A model generated the notes under the pieces. The model searched no databases and was not told where the DNA came from. It saw nothing but the letters and a program-made list of their open reading frames with translations. DNA of 64,000 nucleotides from Deltaproteobacteria bacterium (GTDB lineage Bacteria > Myxococcota_A > Polyangia > Polyangiales > JAFGIB01): assembly GCA_016929805.1 (NCBI GenBank), contig JAFGIB010000456.1, positions 7,573 through 71,572 on the forward strand, in the 5' to 3' direction. Both the position numbers and the translations under genes were made by a program. This document shows, piece by piece, positions 45,668 through 55,229 of this stretch (position 1 is the stretch's first letter; every line of letters begins with the position of its first letter).

Positions 45668-45859
45668 CCTTAACGTTGAAAAAAACCGTCGGCGTAAAGC
45701 GCTTCGCTCGCGAAAAATTGCGCGAGCCCTAAGGGTGTGCTCACTTTTTTTGGACCTCACTTAGGGTGCACGAAGCTGCGGCCCCAAAAAAAGTTCCGTG
45801 CACCCTTATTTCATCGCTTTTTTCGCGTTTCCGCTCGACGTTTTTTGCAACGTTAAGGT
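45668..45859 (+). repeat. family-1 foldback repeat, full copy (used as reference orientation)
   Basis: ~192 bp. The termini ccttaacgttgaaaaaaaccgtcggcgtaaagcgc and gcgtttccgctcgacgttttttgcaacgttaaggt are imperfect inverted repeats. The internal motif taagggtg..cac occurs twice directly and once inverted. Confidence 0.9.
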
Positions 45860-45934
45860 TTAGGTTACCGTTTGCGCAAACCGTGCGAACTGACAAAACA
45901 GCGTTGGCTAATGAGATAAGCGGAGATATAGTTC

Positions 45935-46822
45935 ATGAAAATGGCTACCCCCTCGATATTCTCTCTTTTAAATCCGCTTCGCTTCAATGCGTTGCATTAC
46001 AATTCCATCACTCACGCGTGGATACATATCTTTGGAGACAACTTCCACTTCGGATATTTTTCCTCTCCGAACACATCCTTAGATGAGGCCACTGACGCGC
46101 TAATCGACAAGATGGCTGTTTTCGGAGAACTGTCGGAGAAGGCGAAGGTGCTCGATGTTGGTTGCGGTATTGGAGCTCCAGCGTTTTATCTGCATCGAAA
46201 GTTCGGCTGCGATGTGACCGGCATTTCCACCAGCGACATCGGTGTACACAACGCCGAGGAGGAAAGCAAGAAAAGGGGTTACCGGGACAGCGTTCGCTTT
46301 CGCGTAGCTAATGGGCTGGATAACGGCTTCGCGGACAATACCTTCGACGTCGTATGGGTTATGGAATCTTCCCACCTTATGAAGGACAAAAGAAAGCTTT
46401 TGGCCGAATGCCACAGGGTTCTAAAGCCGGGTGGTGTGATGCTGCTATGCGATATCATGTGGCGGCGGCCTTACACCATAGCGGACCGTTTTGGTTACTT
46501 GCTGCGGCTGAAGTCCGACTTTATCGTCGGCGCTTTTGACCACATTAGGTCATTCGGGTTGGTCCACATGGAGACCTTTGATACATATATAAACACGGCC
46601 CGGCAGATCGGATTCGACGATGTGAAACTGATTGACATCAGCGAGCAGGCCGTGCCCACGTTTGAACGATGGAAAGCAAACATCGCTGCGAACGAGGCGA
46701 GGATTTTGCAAACCTTGACAGCGCGCCAAATGAAAGGTTTCATGCAGGCCGCGGATTTTTCCAAAGACATCTTTGAAAGAAAAATCGGCGGTTACGGGAT
46801 ACTCAAGGCTTTAAAAAGATAA
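45935..46822 (+). CDS. class I SAM-dependent methyltransferase
   Basis: 295-aa ORF. VLDVGCGIGAPAFYL is SAM motif I. FDVVWVMESSHLMKDKRKLLAECHRVLKPGGVMLL is also present. Confidence 0.85.
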   Translation: MKMATPSIFSLLNPLRFNALHYNSITHAWIHIFGDNFHFGYFSSPNTSLDEATDALIDKMAVFGELSEKAKVLDVGCGIGAPAFYLHRKFGCDVTGISTSDIGVHNAEEESKKRGYRDSVRFRVANGLDNGFADNTFDVVWVMESSHLMKDKRKLLAECHRVLKPGGVMLLCDIMWRRPYTIADRFGYLLRLKSDFIVGAFDHIRSFGLVHMETFDTYINTARQIGFDDVKLIDISEQAVPTFERWKANIAANEARILQTLTARQMKGFMQAADFSKDIFERKIGGYGILKALKR

Positions 46823-46830
46823 GCGAGCCC

Positions 46831-48114
46831 TTACCCGGTGAGGCGTTCCTGTTGCTTAAACGTATCGAGGATATTGGCGTAACAAAAAGGCAGATGCTCG
46901 CCGTTTCTAATATAATACATGCTAGGACACTTCTTATTCTCTTCAAGGTCTATATTGTAGATATTAGGCCAGTATCTGACGAAGATCATCAGATGGTTGG
47001 GCTCTCCCAGTTTAATCGGTAGTTGGAGCATTCTGATGAAGTTCTGCGTTACGCCGCGTACGCCTAAAGCCTTGATCAAGTTATAGACCACAAGCGCCTT
47101 TTTGAATTTCGATGACGATATGGCCTCCATGTTGATGCGGCTACCGAAGGTAGTGTATCTCCCGTCTTTTCTATCCTTGAAAACCGTAAAGGTAAAGCTA
47201 CATACGCGGTTTTTCAACAAGGAGCTCAGTGCATTGGAGGGAACGATAAAATCCAGCTCATCCACAAAGGCGCTCCAGAAAGCTTGTTCTTTCAGGATAT
47301 CCTCATAAGCTACGTTAAGCTGGTCGGCGAACAACCGAATCATGTCGGTCATACAATGCGATTCTACGTTTTCGAGATGGCGGCCCATTTGGGTCGCCGT
47401 CCGTACTCGTAGCTGTAAGATAAACGACCGGTTTGCAATACAATAATCGCAGACCTCGCGCAACTCTTTGTCGTTGACGCCCTTGGCCAACGTGATCGAA
47501 ATAATGGTTCTAATACCCACCTTTTTTATCGTTTCCAGAGCCTTGAGCTTGGTATCGAGTAGAGGTTTGCCGTTTATTACTCGGTAAACCTCGTCATCGA
47601 ATCCGTTGAAGCTAAAAATGATCTGTTCGAGCCCTGCTTCCTTGAGTTTGGACGTGTAATCGTAATCGGTGAGCTTAAGACCGTTGGTTAGCAGCACGGG
47701 CCGGTTTTGTTTGGCAAGCACGCGAATTATCTCTATCAGATCCTTACGCAGGGTCGGCTCGCGGCCCATTAAGACCACGTGCTTGTTCCGGCTTTCTCTC
47801 GCGATATGTTCAATTTCTTCAAAAGATAATTCTTCTTTATCAAGCTCGTTTTCGTAACAAAGCGGACAGTTGAGATTGCATTTCGAAGAGACGTACAACT
47901 GCAGATGACGGGTTCTAACCTGTTCCTTAACTTGGTACGCCGTCTGCATTTGGTAATACTTTAGGTCTTTTTCGATTAACCCCTTATATACCGTACCGCT
48001 CTCAGCTTTCTTTTCGAGATAGACCTTGCCGTCTTCGTAAATCACCTCAGCATCGATTTCGTTGAACGTTTCAGGCGAGATGCTGGTTGTTTTTCTTATA
48101 ACATTACGTTCCAT
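46831..48114 (-). CDS. radical SAM enzyme, subfamily not recognised
   Basis: 427-aa ORF. SSKCNLNCPLCY is a CxxxCxxC cluster motif, followed by VVLMGREPTL and LTNG. There is a ~75-aa N-terminal extension, and the gene is visibly AT-richer than its neighbours. Confidence 0.85.
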   Translation of the reverse strand: MERNVIRKTTSISPETFNEIDAEVIYEDGKVYLEKKAESGTVYKGLIEKDLKYYQMQTAYQVKEQVRTRHLQLYVSSKCNLNCPLCYENELDKEELSFEEIEHIARESRNKHVVLMGREPTLRKDLIEIIRVLAKQNRPVLLTNGLKLTDYDYTSKLKEAGLEQIIFSFNGFDDEVYRVINGKPLLDTKLKALETIKKVGIRTIISITLAKGVNDKELREVCDYCIANRSFILQLRVRTATQMGRHLENVESHCMTDMIRLFADQLNVAYEDILKEQAFWSAFVDELDFIVPSNALSSLLKNRVCSFTFTVFKDRKDGRYTTFGSRINMEAISSSKFKKALVVYNLIKALGVRGVTQNFIRMLQLPIKLGEPNHLMIFVRYWPNIYNIDLEENKKCPSMYYIRNGEHLPFCYANILDTFKQQERLTG

Positions 48115-48759
48115 ACTTCCTCTTTCCCTTGATTGCTCTGTTGACCATTCGACCGGTGTAACTAGTTATCAAGAAACAAGCTGTATCGACCTCCGCGCGT
48201 AGAACAGCAACGGGTCTTCTGTAGCGTGAAGGACTCGGAGTTGTCACGCGAATTAATAAAACCCTCGGGAGACGTTTCGTCGGCGAAAAATAAAGGTTTT
48301 GTCCATCTCGGAGGCAAAGGAAATATAACGTTAGATTACAATGTTGTTATAATACTCTCTAATTGCATGGCAATGGTTAAAAATCGAACCCGGTGCGAAA
48401 AATGCTCGATTTACGAAGATTTATAACAATGTCTGTACCCTAGATCAGACCCAAACGGACACACCGGGAAAAGCCGGTTGCGATTAGCTCAATCGATCGC
48501 CTTCGGATACAGCAAAGAAGTAAGACGGCCGCTGTGGGTCATTCCGTCGACGCTCGAGCTTTCGCCGGAAACGACACGAATAGAGATCTTGAAGAGCGTA
48601 CCCCGGTAAAGGTAGGGACGAATCAGACTTTAATGCGGTATGCCTTTACTCGCCGGCGTTTTGCGTCTATCCTACACCGATAAGGATCACCTTGACCGGC
48701 TATTGAAGAGTCTAAAGAGCTAAGAAATTATATAGTTCATCTAAGTGATTAGAGTATCG

Positions 48760-50502
48760 ATGTCCACCGTTGCTGAAAATATCGTTCGATTTCTTGAGGA
48801 ACAATCCGTCGAATACTGCTTTGGAATACCGGGCGCGCAGCTTCTCCAGATATACGATGCACTGCTCGATTCGCGTCTACGGTCGGTTCTTACCACCAAC
48901 GAGTCCTCGGCCGTTTTTATGGCGGACGGGTACGCTCGCGCCTCGGGAAAGGTCGGGCTTTGCTTAGCGATCGCCGGTCCCGGTTTGACCAACATGGCAA
49001 CGGGATTGGGAGAGGCCTTATTGGACTCGTCGCCGGTCGTGGTGCTGGTGGCGGGCGTGCCTGAAGACGAGAAATTTTTTCATATTCACGAAGTCGATCA
49101 ATTGACGGCGCTGGAACCTTTGGTCAAGGCCGTTTTTCGACCGGTTGACGTCACGGGGCTCGGACATACCCTGGGCGACGCATTTCGCTTAGCGTTGAGC
49201 GACGAGCCGGGACCGGTGGTAGTGGAAATCGCCACCGATTGGTTTCGCTCCAAGTCGGATTACGAGACTTATCATTTGAGGCCGCAAGAATCGCCGGCCG
49301 AGTCAAGAGAGATATCCCGTATCGCCGATCTGATGTTGAGCGCCGAGCAGTGCGGTCTGTACTTGGGTCGCGGCGCGCTTGGCGCCGCCTCTGAGCTTCG
49401 CTTGCTCGCAGAAAAGCTCTGTGCGCCCGTGGCCACGACCGTAGCGGGAAAGGGCGTGCTGCCCGAAGATCATCCGCTTTCGGTCGGGTACGGATTCGGT
49501 CCCGCCGGTTCTGAACTTGCGCAAGAAGCCTTTCGACGTTGCGATCTCGTACTTGCTATAGGCTGCAAGTTCAGCGAGTTGGCGACTTCTAAATGGGAAA
49601 TGAGCCCTCCGGCGAAGCTCATTCACGTGGATAAAAGCCCATCTGTCTTAAACCTTAACTACCCGACATTAGTTTCTGTATGTATGGACTCACGAGATTT
49701 CGCCGACCGGTTATCGGTCCATTTCGCCGCGCTTTCGCCGAGCAAAAACGCCGAGTTGCTCGAGTTGATCTCCGCTCAAAAAGCCAAACGCATCGCCAAG
49801 CTGCCCGATAGCGACCCCTCCGCGAAGATTAAGCCGGCGCGTTTACTATACCGTTTGAGAAATATATTGGATCGAGAGTCGATGGTAGTCACGGATTGCG
49901 GTAACCACCAGCTATGGGCGGTATCGGATTTTCCGGTGCTTGAGCCGGGGACCTTTTTGACGCCTTCGGATTACCAAGCGATGGGTTTCGGTATTCCGGC
50001 GGCCATCGGCGCGGCGCTCGCGAGGCCGCGGCAACGCGTGGTCTGCTTATGCGGCGACGGTGGCTTCTTGATGAGTTGCATGGAATTGATGACCGCGGTG
50101 AGAGAAAAGCTGGATCTCAAAGTCGTGGTTTTTAACGACGGAGCTCTCGGCTTAATAAAGAACCTGCAGCAGAGAAGCCTTGGCAGAGAAAGCTCGGTTG
50201 ATCTCCCGCCGCTCGACTATGAGAAATTCGCGCAATCCGTGGGCGTAGATTACCTTGAGATAGCCACGGAGCGCGATTTGGATAAGCGGGTTGGAGAAAT
50301 GGTTAGCACAAAAGGTGTGACGCTGGTCAATGTAAAAGTTATCTACGAAGATTGGGCGCCGATGCTGTCGGGAATGAGTCTTGCCGCGTGGAATCGGCTG
50401 CCCTTGACAGAAAAGCTAAGCGCGGTGCGACAGCGCGCGATACGTATCTTAAAAAACCCCTCGGCTCTGGGTGCCACGTTACGCGAAGGACTCAAACGAT
50501 AA
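48760..50502 (+). CDS. thiamine-diphosphate-dependent enzyme of the acetolactate-synthase/benzoylformate-decarboxylase superfamily
   Basis: ORF 48745..50502 (GTG); I prefer the ATG at 48760 (MSTVAENIVRFLEEQSVEYCFGIPGA). NESSAVFMADGYARASGKVGLCLAIAGPGLTN is present. The ThDP motif is GDGGFLMSCMELMTAVREKLDLKVVVFNDGALG. Confidence 0.85.
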   Translation: MSTVAENIVRFLEEQSVEYCFGIPGAQLLQIYDALLDSRLRSVLTTNESSAVFMADGYARASGKVGLCLAIAGPGLTNMATGLGEALLDSSPVVVLVAGVPEDEKFFHIHEVDQLTALEPLVKAVFRPVDVTGLGHTLGDAFRLALSDEPGPVVVEIATDWFRSKSDYETYHLRPQESPAESREISRIADLMLSAEQCGLYLGRGALGAASELRLLAEKLCAPVATTVAGKGVLPEDHPLSVGYGFGPAGSELAQEAFRRCDLVLAIGCKFSELATSKWEMSPPAKLIHVDKSPSVLNLNYPTLVSVCMDSRDFADRLSVHFAALSPSKNAELLELISAQKAKRIAKLPDSDPSAKIKPARLLYRLRNILDRESMVVTDCGNHQLWAVSDFPVLEPGTFLTPSDYQAMGFGIPAAIGAALARPRQRVVCLCGDGGFLMSCMELMTAVREKLDLKVVVFNDGALGLIKNLQQRSLGRESSVDLPPLDYEKFAQSVGVDYLEIATERDLDKRVGEMVSTKGVTLVNVKVIYEDWAPMLSGMSLAAWNRLPLTEKLSAVRQRAIRILKNPSALGATLREGLKR

Positions 50503-50506
50503 TTGA

Positions 50507-50572
50507 CATTGACGTTGCAAAAAATCCGTCGGCGTAGAGCGCTTCGCTCGCGAAAAACAGCGCGAGCCCTTA
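50507..50572 (+). repeat. family-1 foldback repeat, left-arm half copy filling a convergent intergenic gap
   Basis: cattgacgttgcaaaaaatccgtcggcgtagagcgcttcgctcgcgaaaaacagcgcgagccctta. It lies between the stop at 50502 (+) and the stop at 50570 (-). Confidence 0.8.
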
Positions 50573-52480
50573 GTAACCATTAAGAATCACGAAATCCGGC
50601 GGATGCGGCGCCGGTATTTTGATAAAGCCTATTGGACTGAATTTATGCGGCGCGCTTTTCACCGAGCATCGGGGCTGACAGACCAGGGTATGCAACCAGT
50701 TGTAACGCAGAACGATATCCTGTTTCGGATCGGTGCCGCGGACCTCTATGCGATTGGTCGATGCTCTGATCTCGCCCGCACCAGCCTGGAAAAGATTCGG
50801 CTTGATCTTCGTCCGATAAACGAAATGGGGACCGATGTTTTGATAAAAATCTAGAACTGCCAGCGCATGTATAAAGCGCCTATCAGGATAGTCTATTACA
50901 ACCCATTTGATGGCGAAGGTTTCGAAATACTCCTGCAGAATTTGGGGGTTTGTCAAATCGATATCGTCACGCGGTCTAAAGATGTTCGAATACGTGTGGG
51001 CGAAATTACGAAAGGGAAATCCACCGATGATTTCCGCGTCGGTTGTCCAAGTGAGACGCTCTCCAGGTACGCCGAACTGAACCAAAAAGCGACCGATCCC
51101 GTCATCTTCGCGTTTTACCCAGTCGGAAAGACCGTGGTCAAACGGATTGTCGAGCGAGTGACGATAGGAATAATGAATAAAATAGCCGGAAGAGGAGATA
51201 TCGACGGGAAATCCTTCCTCGGGAGTAGCGACTTTCGGTAGTTGTTCCGGGAAGAAATAGAGAATATCCGACGAGAGGTGTTGTATGCCGGGAATAAACA
51301 AAACAGCGACTGCGGCGTATAAGACCCGAGGCGGACGAAAGCGCGCGCGGTTATGCCAAGCGGCTTCGACCAGGGCGGCTGCCGGAATCAGGGTCATAAA
51401 AGCAGCGGCAAGAGCATTGCGATAGGGCTGAACTTGAGTGAGCACCTTGAGATAGGCGCCGAAATAAGCAATAGCCAATAGATAACCGATCGCGGTCGCG
51501 AACACGAGAAATCGTTTGTCACCCGAGCGCCTCCAGATGAACAACATCAAGACCGCCGCGCCCAGAAAGAGAAAGCGAAAACTCGTACGGTTTCCTATAG
51601 GTCCTGTAACCGATGTGTTCAGAACGAGTCCGAAGAAATCTCCGAATATGAAGGCTAAAGACGCCTTGCAGTAATATCCTGAATCGAGAATATATCGAAG
51701 AAAGTCTAAAGCGACGATCAGCCAATAAGAGTTAATAGCTAAAGTAACCAGGGGAATGGTCGCGATAGCCGCGTGCTCTTTCAGACTTAGCAGCCTGAAA
51801 TACCGGAAATAAAGCACAGCCATCGGTAATACCAGAACCACAAAGCTCCAGACGTGTACCAAATGTGAAACGCCTACCATAACAGCGGCGCAAGCAACTT
51901 GCCAAAAACGTCGGTCTTGTAGATAGCGGTAGAAGAAGGCGAGGGACAGTAGCGTTAGGGAGCACGCCATGGCGTAAGAGACCATGCCGACGAACCAGAG
52001 CCAGTGCGCGAAAGAGTCGAAGAACCACAACGCTGAACCCATTGCCATCGCGACCAGCGCAGACCACTTTCTCAGACCGAAAAGACGAGCCGAGAAAAAG
52101 ACCGCGGGCAATACCAAAAGGTGCGCGAGCAACAAGTACGTGTTATGCGCCGCTCCTTTAGAAAGGCCTAACTTCCATAGCGCCCAAGTCAAAAGCTCCC
52201 AGGCCTTATTGTTGGCGTCCTCATAAATTAACATGGGACAACCCGCGAGCAGTTTCGGGTCATACAGCCAGCTTTTTCCCCAACCTTCGAAGGCTTCAAT
52301 AAAGTGCCAATTCTGTCCGATGTGGCCGTCGAAGTCTCCGATGTTTATCGGTTCGTCGCTAAAACTGATGGCCGGGTAGGAGAAAAAAGTAACCAGTCCC
52401 AGATGCGTCGCAATAACCGCAACCAGCGCTATATAAAAGGCAATCCGAGTCAAAGTAGAAGGGGAATCAGTACCGGTCAC
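50570..52480 (-). CDS. polytopic membrane protein with a soluble C-terminal domain (possible GT-C-type glycosyltransferase, unproven)
   Basis: 636-aa ORF with about 12 hydrophobic segments in the first ~400 aa, then a ~230-aa hydrophilic domain. No catalytic motif was recognised by eye. Confidence 0.65.
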   Translation of the reverse strand: MTGTDSPSTLTRIAFYIALVAVIATHLGLVTFFSYPAISFSDEPINIGDFDGHIGQNWHFIEAFEGWGKSWLYDPKLLAGCPMLIYEDANNKAWELLTWALWKLGLSKGAAHNTYLLLAHLLVLPAVFFSARLFGLRKWSALVAMAMGSALWFFDSFAHWLWFVGMVSYAMACSLTLLSLAFFYRYLQDRRFWQVACAAVMVGVSHLVHVWSFVVLVLPMAVLYFRYFRLLSLKEHAAIATIPLVTLAINSYWLIVALDFLRYILDSGYYCKASLAFIFGDFFGLVLNTSVTGPIGNRTSFRFLFLGAAVLMLFIWRRSGDKRFLVFATAIGYLLAIAYFGAYLKVLTQVQPYRNALAAAFMTLIPAAALVEAAWHNRARFRPPRVLYAAVAVLFIPGIQHLSSDILYFFPEQLPKVATPEEGFPVDISSSGYFIHYSYRHSLDNPFDHGLSDWVKREDDGIGRFLVQFGVPGERLTWTTDAEIIGGFPFRNFAHTYSNIFRPRDDIDLTNPQILQEYFETFAIKWVVIDYPDRRFIHALAVLDFYQNIGPHFVYRTKIKPNLFQAGAGEIRASTNRIEVRGTDPKQDIVLRYNWLHTLVCQPRCSVKSAPHKFSPIGFIKIPAPHPPDFVILNGY

Positions 52481-52946
52481 TTGAAGATTCTAGCTCGTTT
52501 CTAAAAAGCGTATGCTTTCGTTACCGCGGTCCGGCTGTTGGAATCGGAAGAGTATAGATCTAGCATTAATTTGCAACACGATAGTATATACTGCAATCGC
52601 GCGTGGAATTCTAGCTTTCGAGTTGGCCCGAAAGGCTATAGTCGCCTCTTCTCTACATACAGTCGCGTAGATGATCGATCAAATCTCGCCGAGCGGTCGT
52701 CCGACGGCATGACTGTTGGACGCTCCGGAATAGGTAAACGCCGCGAGTTACCGAAATCCTTTAGAGTAAAAAAAGCTACAAGCGAGCTTTGCGCAATTTC
52801 TTTTCGTTGCGCCAACATCGATGTCGTCGGGCATAACGGTTCGGCGGACGGCCTCGATTTGGATCACGAACAATGCGGTTGCGGCTTGCAATCCTTTATG
52901 GTTCGCGTATGTGTAGACTCTACACCTTATCGCTGGAAACCACATC

Positions 52947-53876
52947 ATGCGCGCTAAATCTTGGAGCAGCAGCGAAATTGTCGATCAATCGGGTAAAGTT
53001 GCAGTTGTTACCGGGGCTAACAGCGGTCTGGGTTTTCGAGTCGCGCTCGTGCTCGCGGGCAAAGGCGCTCGCGTGGTGATGGCGTGTCGAAACCGGGACA
53101 ACGGCGAACGGGCGGCTATTAAGATCCGCAGAGAGTACCCCAAAGCGGTTGTGGAATATATGCCGCTTGACCTAGCGGACCTGAGCTCGGTACGAGCGTT
53201 CGGGCAGGCTTTCAACCGGCAATACGACAAGCTCGATATTTTGATTAACAACGCCGGTGTGATGGCCCTGCCGTATAGCCTAACCAAAGATGGATTCGAA
53301 ATGCAATTCGGGACCAACCACTTGGGTCATTTTGCTTTGACCGGGCTTCTTTTGGAGCGTTTGATCGCCGGCGGAGCCGCCCGCGTGGTCACGGTATCGA
53401 GCAATGCCCATAAAATGGGAAAGATGCGTTTTCATGATTTACATTGGAGCAAGGGGTACCGACGTTGGTCCGCTTATGGGATGAGCAAGCTGGCGAACCT
53501 GCTGTTTTGTTATGAATTCGCGAGGAAGATCAGCGAGAAGAATCTAAGCATACTCTCTGTCGCCGCTCATCCGGGTTTGGCGGAGACTAATCTGTTTATA
53601 TCCCCCCGCATGGAAAACCCAAGGCCTATCGCTTTTTTATACAAGCTAGCGAACAACTACTTGGCACAAGACGCGTCTATCGGGTCGTTACCTTTACTGT
53701 ACGCGGCAACGGCCCCCGGGGTCGGCAACGGAGAATATTTCGGTCCCGCGTATTTACGCGGATGGAGGGGGCCTCCTAAGAAAGCAAACTCCAACCGGCG
53801 CTCTCTTCGTTTGAAAGATGCGGCTCAATTATGGCAGGTATCTGAAGAACTAACTGGAGTAAAATGGGCGCTTTAG
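52947..53876 (+). CDS. short-chain dehydrogenase/reductase
   Basis: 309-aa ORF. Motifs are VAVVTGANSGLG, NNAG and YGMSKLAN (YxxxK). Confidence 0.9.
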   Translation: MRAKSWSSSEIVDQSGKVAVVTGANSGLGFRVALVLAGKGARVVMACRNRDNGERAAIKIRREYPKAVVEYMPLDLADLSSVRAFGQAFNRQYDKLDILINNAGVMALPYSLTKDGFEMQFGTNHLGHFALTGLLLERLIAGGAARVVTVSSNAHKMGKMRFHDLHWSKGYRRWSAYGMSKLANLLFCYEFARKISEKNLSILSVAAHPGLAETNLFISPRMENPRPIAFLYKLANNYLAQDASIGSLPLLYAATAPGVGNGEYFGPAYLRGWRGPPKKANSNRRSLRLKDAAQLWQVSEELTGVKWAL

Positions 53877-53880
53877 GGGA

Positions 53881-53911
53881 GCCGCTTCGACGTTTTTTGG
53901 GCCGTTAAGGC
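53881..53911 (+). repeat. family-1 right-terminus fragment
   Basis: gccgcttcgacgttttttgggccgttaaggc lies between the convergent stops at 53876 and 53940. Confidence 0.55.
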
Positions 53912-53939
53912 TTATGGTTTTCCGCTTGCCGCACTTTTA

Positions 53940-55229
53940 TTACGGCGTGCAATCGCCGTCGACGCATGTTTGGCCGTCCGCGCAATCCACGCATTCCTCT
54001 CCATCGGCTCCGCAGTAATCCGCGGTCGTTTCGACATGGCACAAGCCGTCATTATCGATACACCCCGCGCAGTCGGTGCAAAGGCCGTCGATGCAGGTCT
54101 CAGTGCTCTCGCATTTTACGCAGCCGTCGCCGTTGACCCCGCAGCGATCGTTGCTCGTAACGAGTTGGCACACGCCGCTATTATCGATACAGGTCGCGCA
54201 GTCGGTGCATACTCCTTCGATGCACGTCTCATTGTCCTCGCACACCAAGCAACCGTCGCCGTTGACGCCGCAGCGGCTTTTGCTCGTTCCGGGTTGGCAC
54301 ACGCCGCTATTATCGATACACCCCGCGCAGTCGGTGCAAAGGCCGCCGATGCAGGTCTCGTTGTTTTCGCAGTCCACGCAGGCTGCACCGTTTTTCCCAC
54401 AGCGATTGTTGCTCGTGCCGAGCTGGCACACGCCTCGTCCGTCGACGCATCCTTGGCAAAGTACGCACTCGCCGTCGATGCAGGACTCGTCAGACTCGCA
54501 TACGACGCAGCGCTCGCCGTTTTTGCCGCAGTTACTGCTTCTCGTCCCGGAATGACATTGATCGTTCGCGTCGACACATCCACAGACCTCGTCGTTAATA
54601 CACTCGCCGTCGATGCAGGACTCGTCAGGCTCGCATACGTCGCAAGTCTCGCCTCCGCTCCCGCAGTTGGCGGTCGTATTGCCTGCTACGCACCGTCCGA
54701 GACCGTCGATACATCCATTGCACACGCCGCTATCAGCGGTCCCTCCGACACATCGGCCGGCCACGCACAATTGGCCCTGTTCACAGGTTACGCAAGAAGC
54801 GCCGCCGATGCCGCAGTTTTGAGTGCTGGTTCCGGAACGGCAGTTGCCTGTCAGATCGATACACCCGGTACACGCGCCGCCGCTGTCGCGTAGATTCCCG
54901 CCTCCATCGACGTTACCCGAATCAAAAGGAGGTCCGCTTCCGTCGATCAACCCCGAATCCTCGCCCATGCCGCCGGTAGTCACGATCGTTGCATCGGTGT
55001 TTGTTCCAGCAGCGCTCGTTCCGGCAGTAGCTCCTGCGTTATTCTCTTTTTCGACCGATCCGCCCGAGCCGCCGCCGCCGGCCTCATTCTCGGAGGCGGC
55101 GCTGTCGTCGTTGGTTTTTTTGTCGCCGCCGGTGCCGCAACCGCTTGCCAGCGCTCCAAGCAATAGAATCATTTCAAGTAGGGAGCAAACCCCCGTGAAC
55201 CCCGTTTTGCTTGTCCTGCTCTTTTTCAT
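53940..55229 (-). CDS. cysteine-rich tandem-repeat lipoprotein (7 x ~43-aa eight-Cys modules)
   Basis: ORF 53940..55277. I prefer the ATG at 55229, which follows gggag and gives MKKSRTSK...LLLGALASGCG (lipobox). A Gly/Ser/Ala linker follows. Then come seven modules of pattern C-x2-C-x6-C-x8-C-x6-C-x2-C-x5-C-x4-C, e.g. CAGCIDNSGVCQPGTSKSRCGVNGDGCLVCEDNETCIEGVC. Confidence 0.8.
   Translation of the reverse strand: MKKSRTSKTGFTGVCSLLEMILLLGALASGCGTGGDKKTNDDSAASENEAGGGGSGGSVEKENNAGATAGTSAAGTNTDATIVTTGGMGEDSGLIDGSGPPFDSGNVDGGGNLRDSGGACTGCIDLTGNCRSGTSTQNCGIGGASCVTCEQGQLCVAGRCVGGTADSGVCNGCIDGLGRCVAGNTTANCGSGGETCDVCEPDESCIDGECINDEVCGCVDANDQCHSGTRSSNCGKNGERCVVCESDESCIDGECVLCQGCVDGRGVCQLGTSNNRCGKNGAACVDCENNETCIGGLCTDCAGCIDNSGVCQPGTSKSRCGVNGDGCLVCEDNETCIEGVCTDCATCIDNSGVCQLVTSNDRCGVNGDGCVKCESTETCIDGLCTDCAGCIDNDGLCHVETTADYCGADGEECVDCADGQTCVDGDCTP
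53946..54872 (-). repeat. in-frame tandem repeat (~120-130 bp period, 7 units) inside the Cys-rich lipoprotein gene
   Basis: Recurrent DNA strings such as gatacaccccgcgcagtcggtgcaaaggccg occur at ~54058 and ~54318. ttgacgccgcagcg and ttgacc.ccgcagcg also recur. The protein-level 8-Cys modules confirm the period. Confidence 0.8.

Noticed and set aside
48115-48744. Riboswitch (ThDP or cobalamin) in the 630-bp spacer between the radical SAM and ThDP-enzyme genes
   Set aside because: Only a weak gccgctgtggg string resembles a B12 box, and there is no CTGAGA/ACCTGA ThDP-box core. This is insufficient without a covariance-model scan.
53970-54893. 307-aa + strand ORF and the nested 159-aa, 155-aa and 137-aa ORFs over the Cys-rich repeat gene
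   Set aside because: These are low-complexity Ala/Val or Pro/Ser translations generated by the GC-rich tandem repeat. Only the minus frame gives a lipobox and a regular 8-Cys module.
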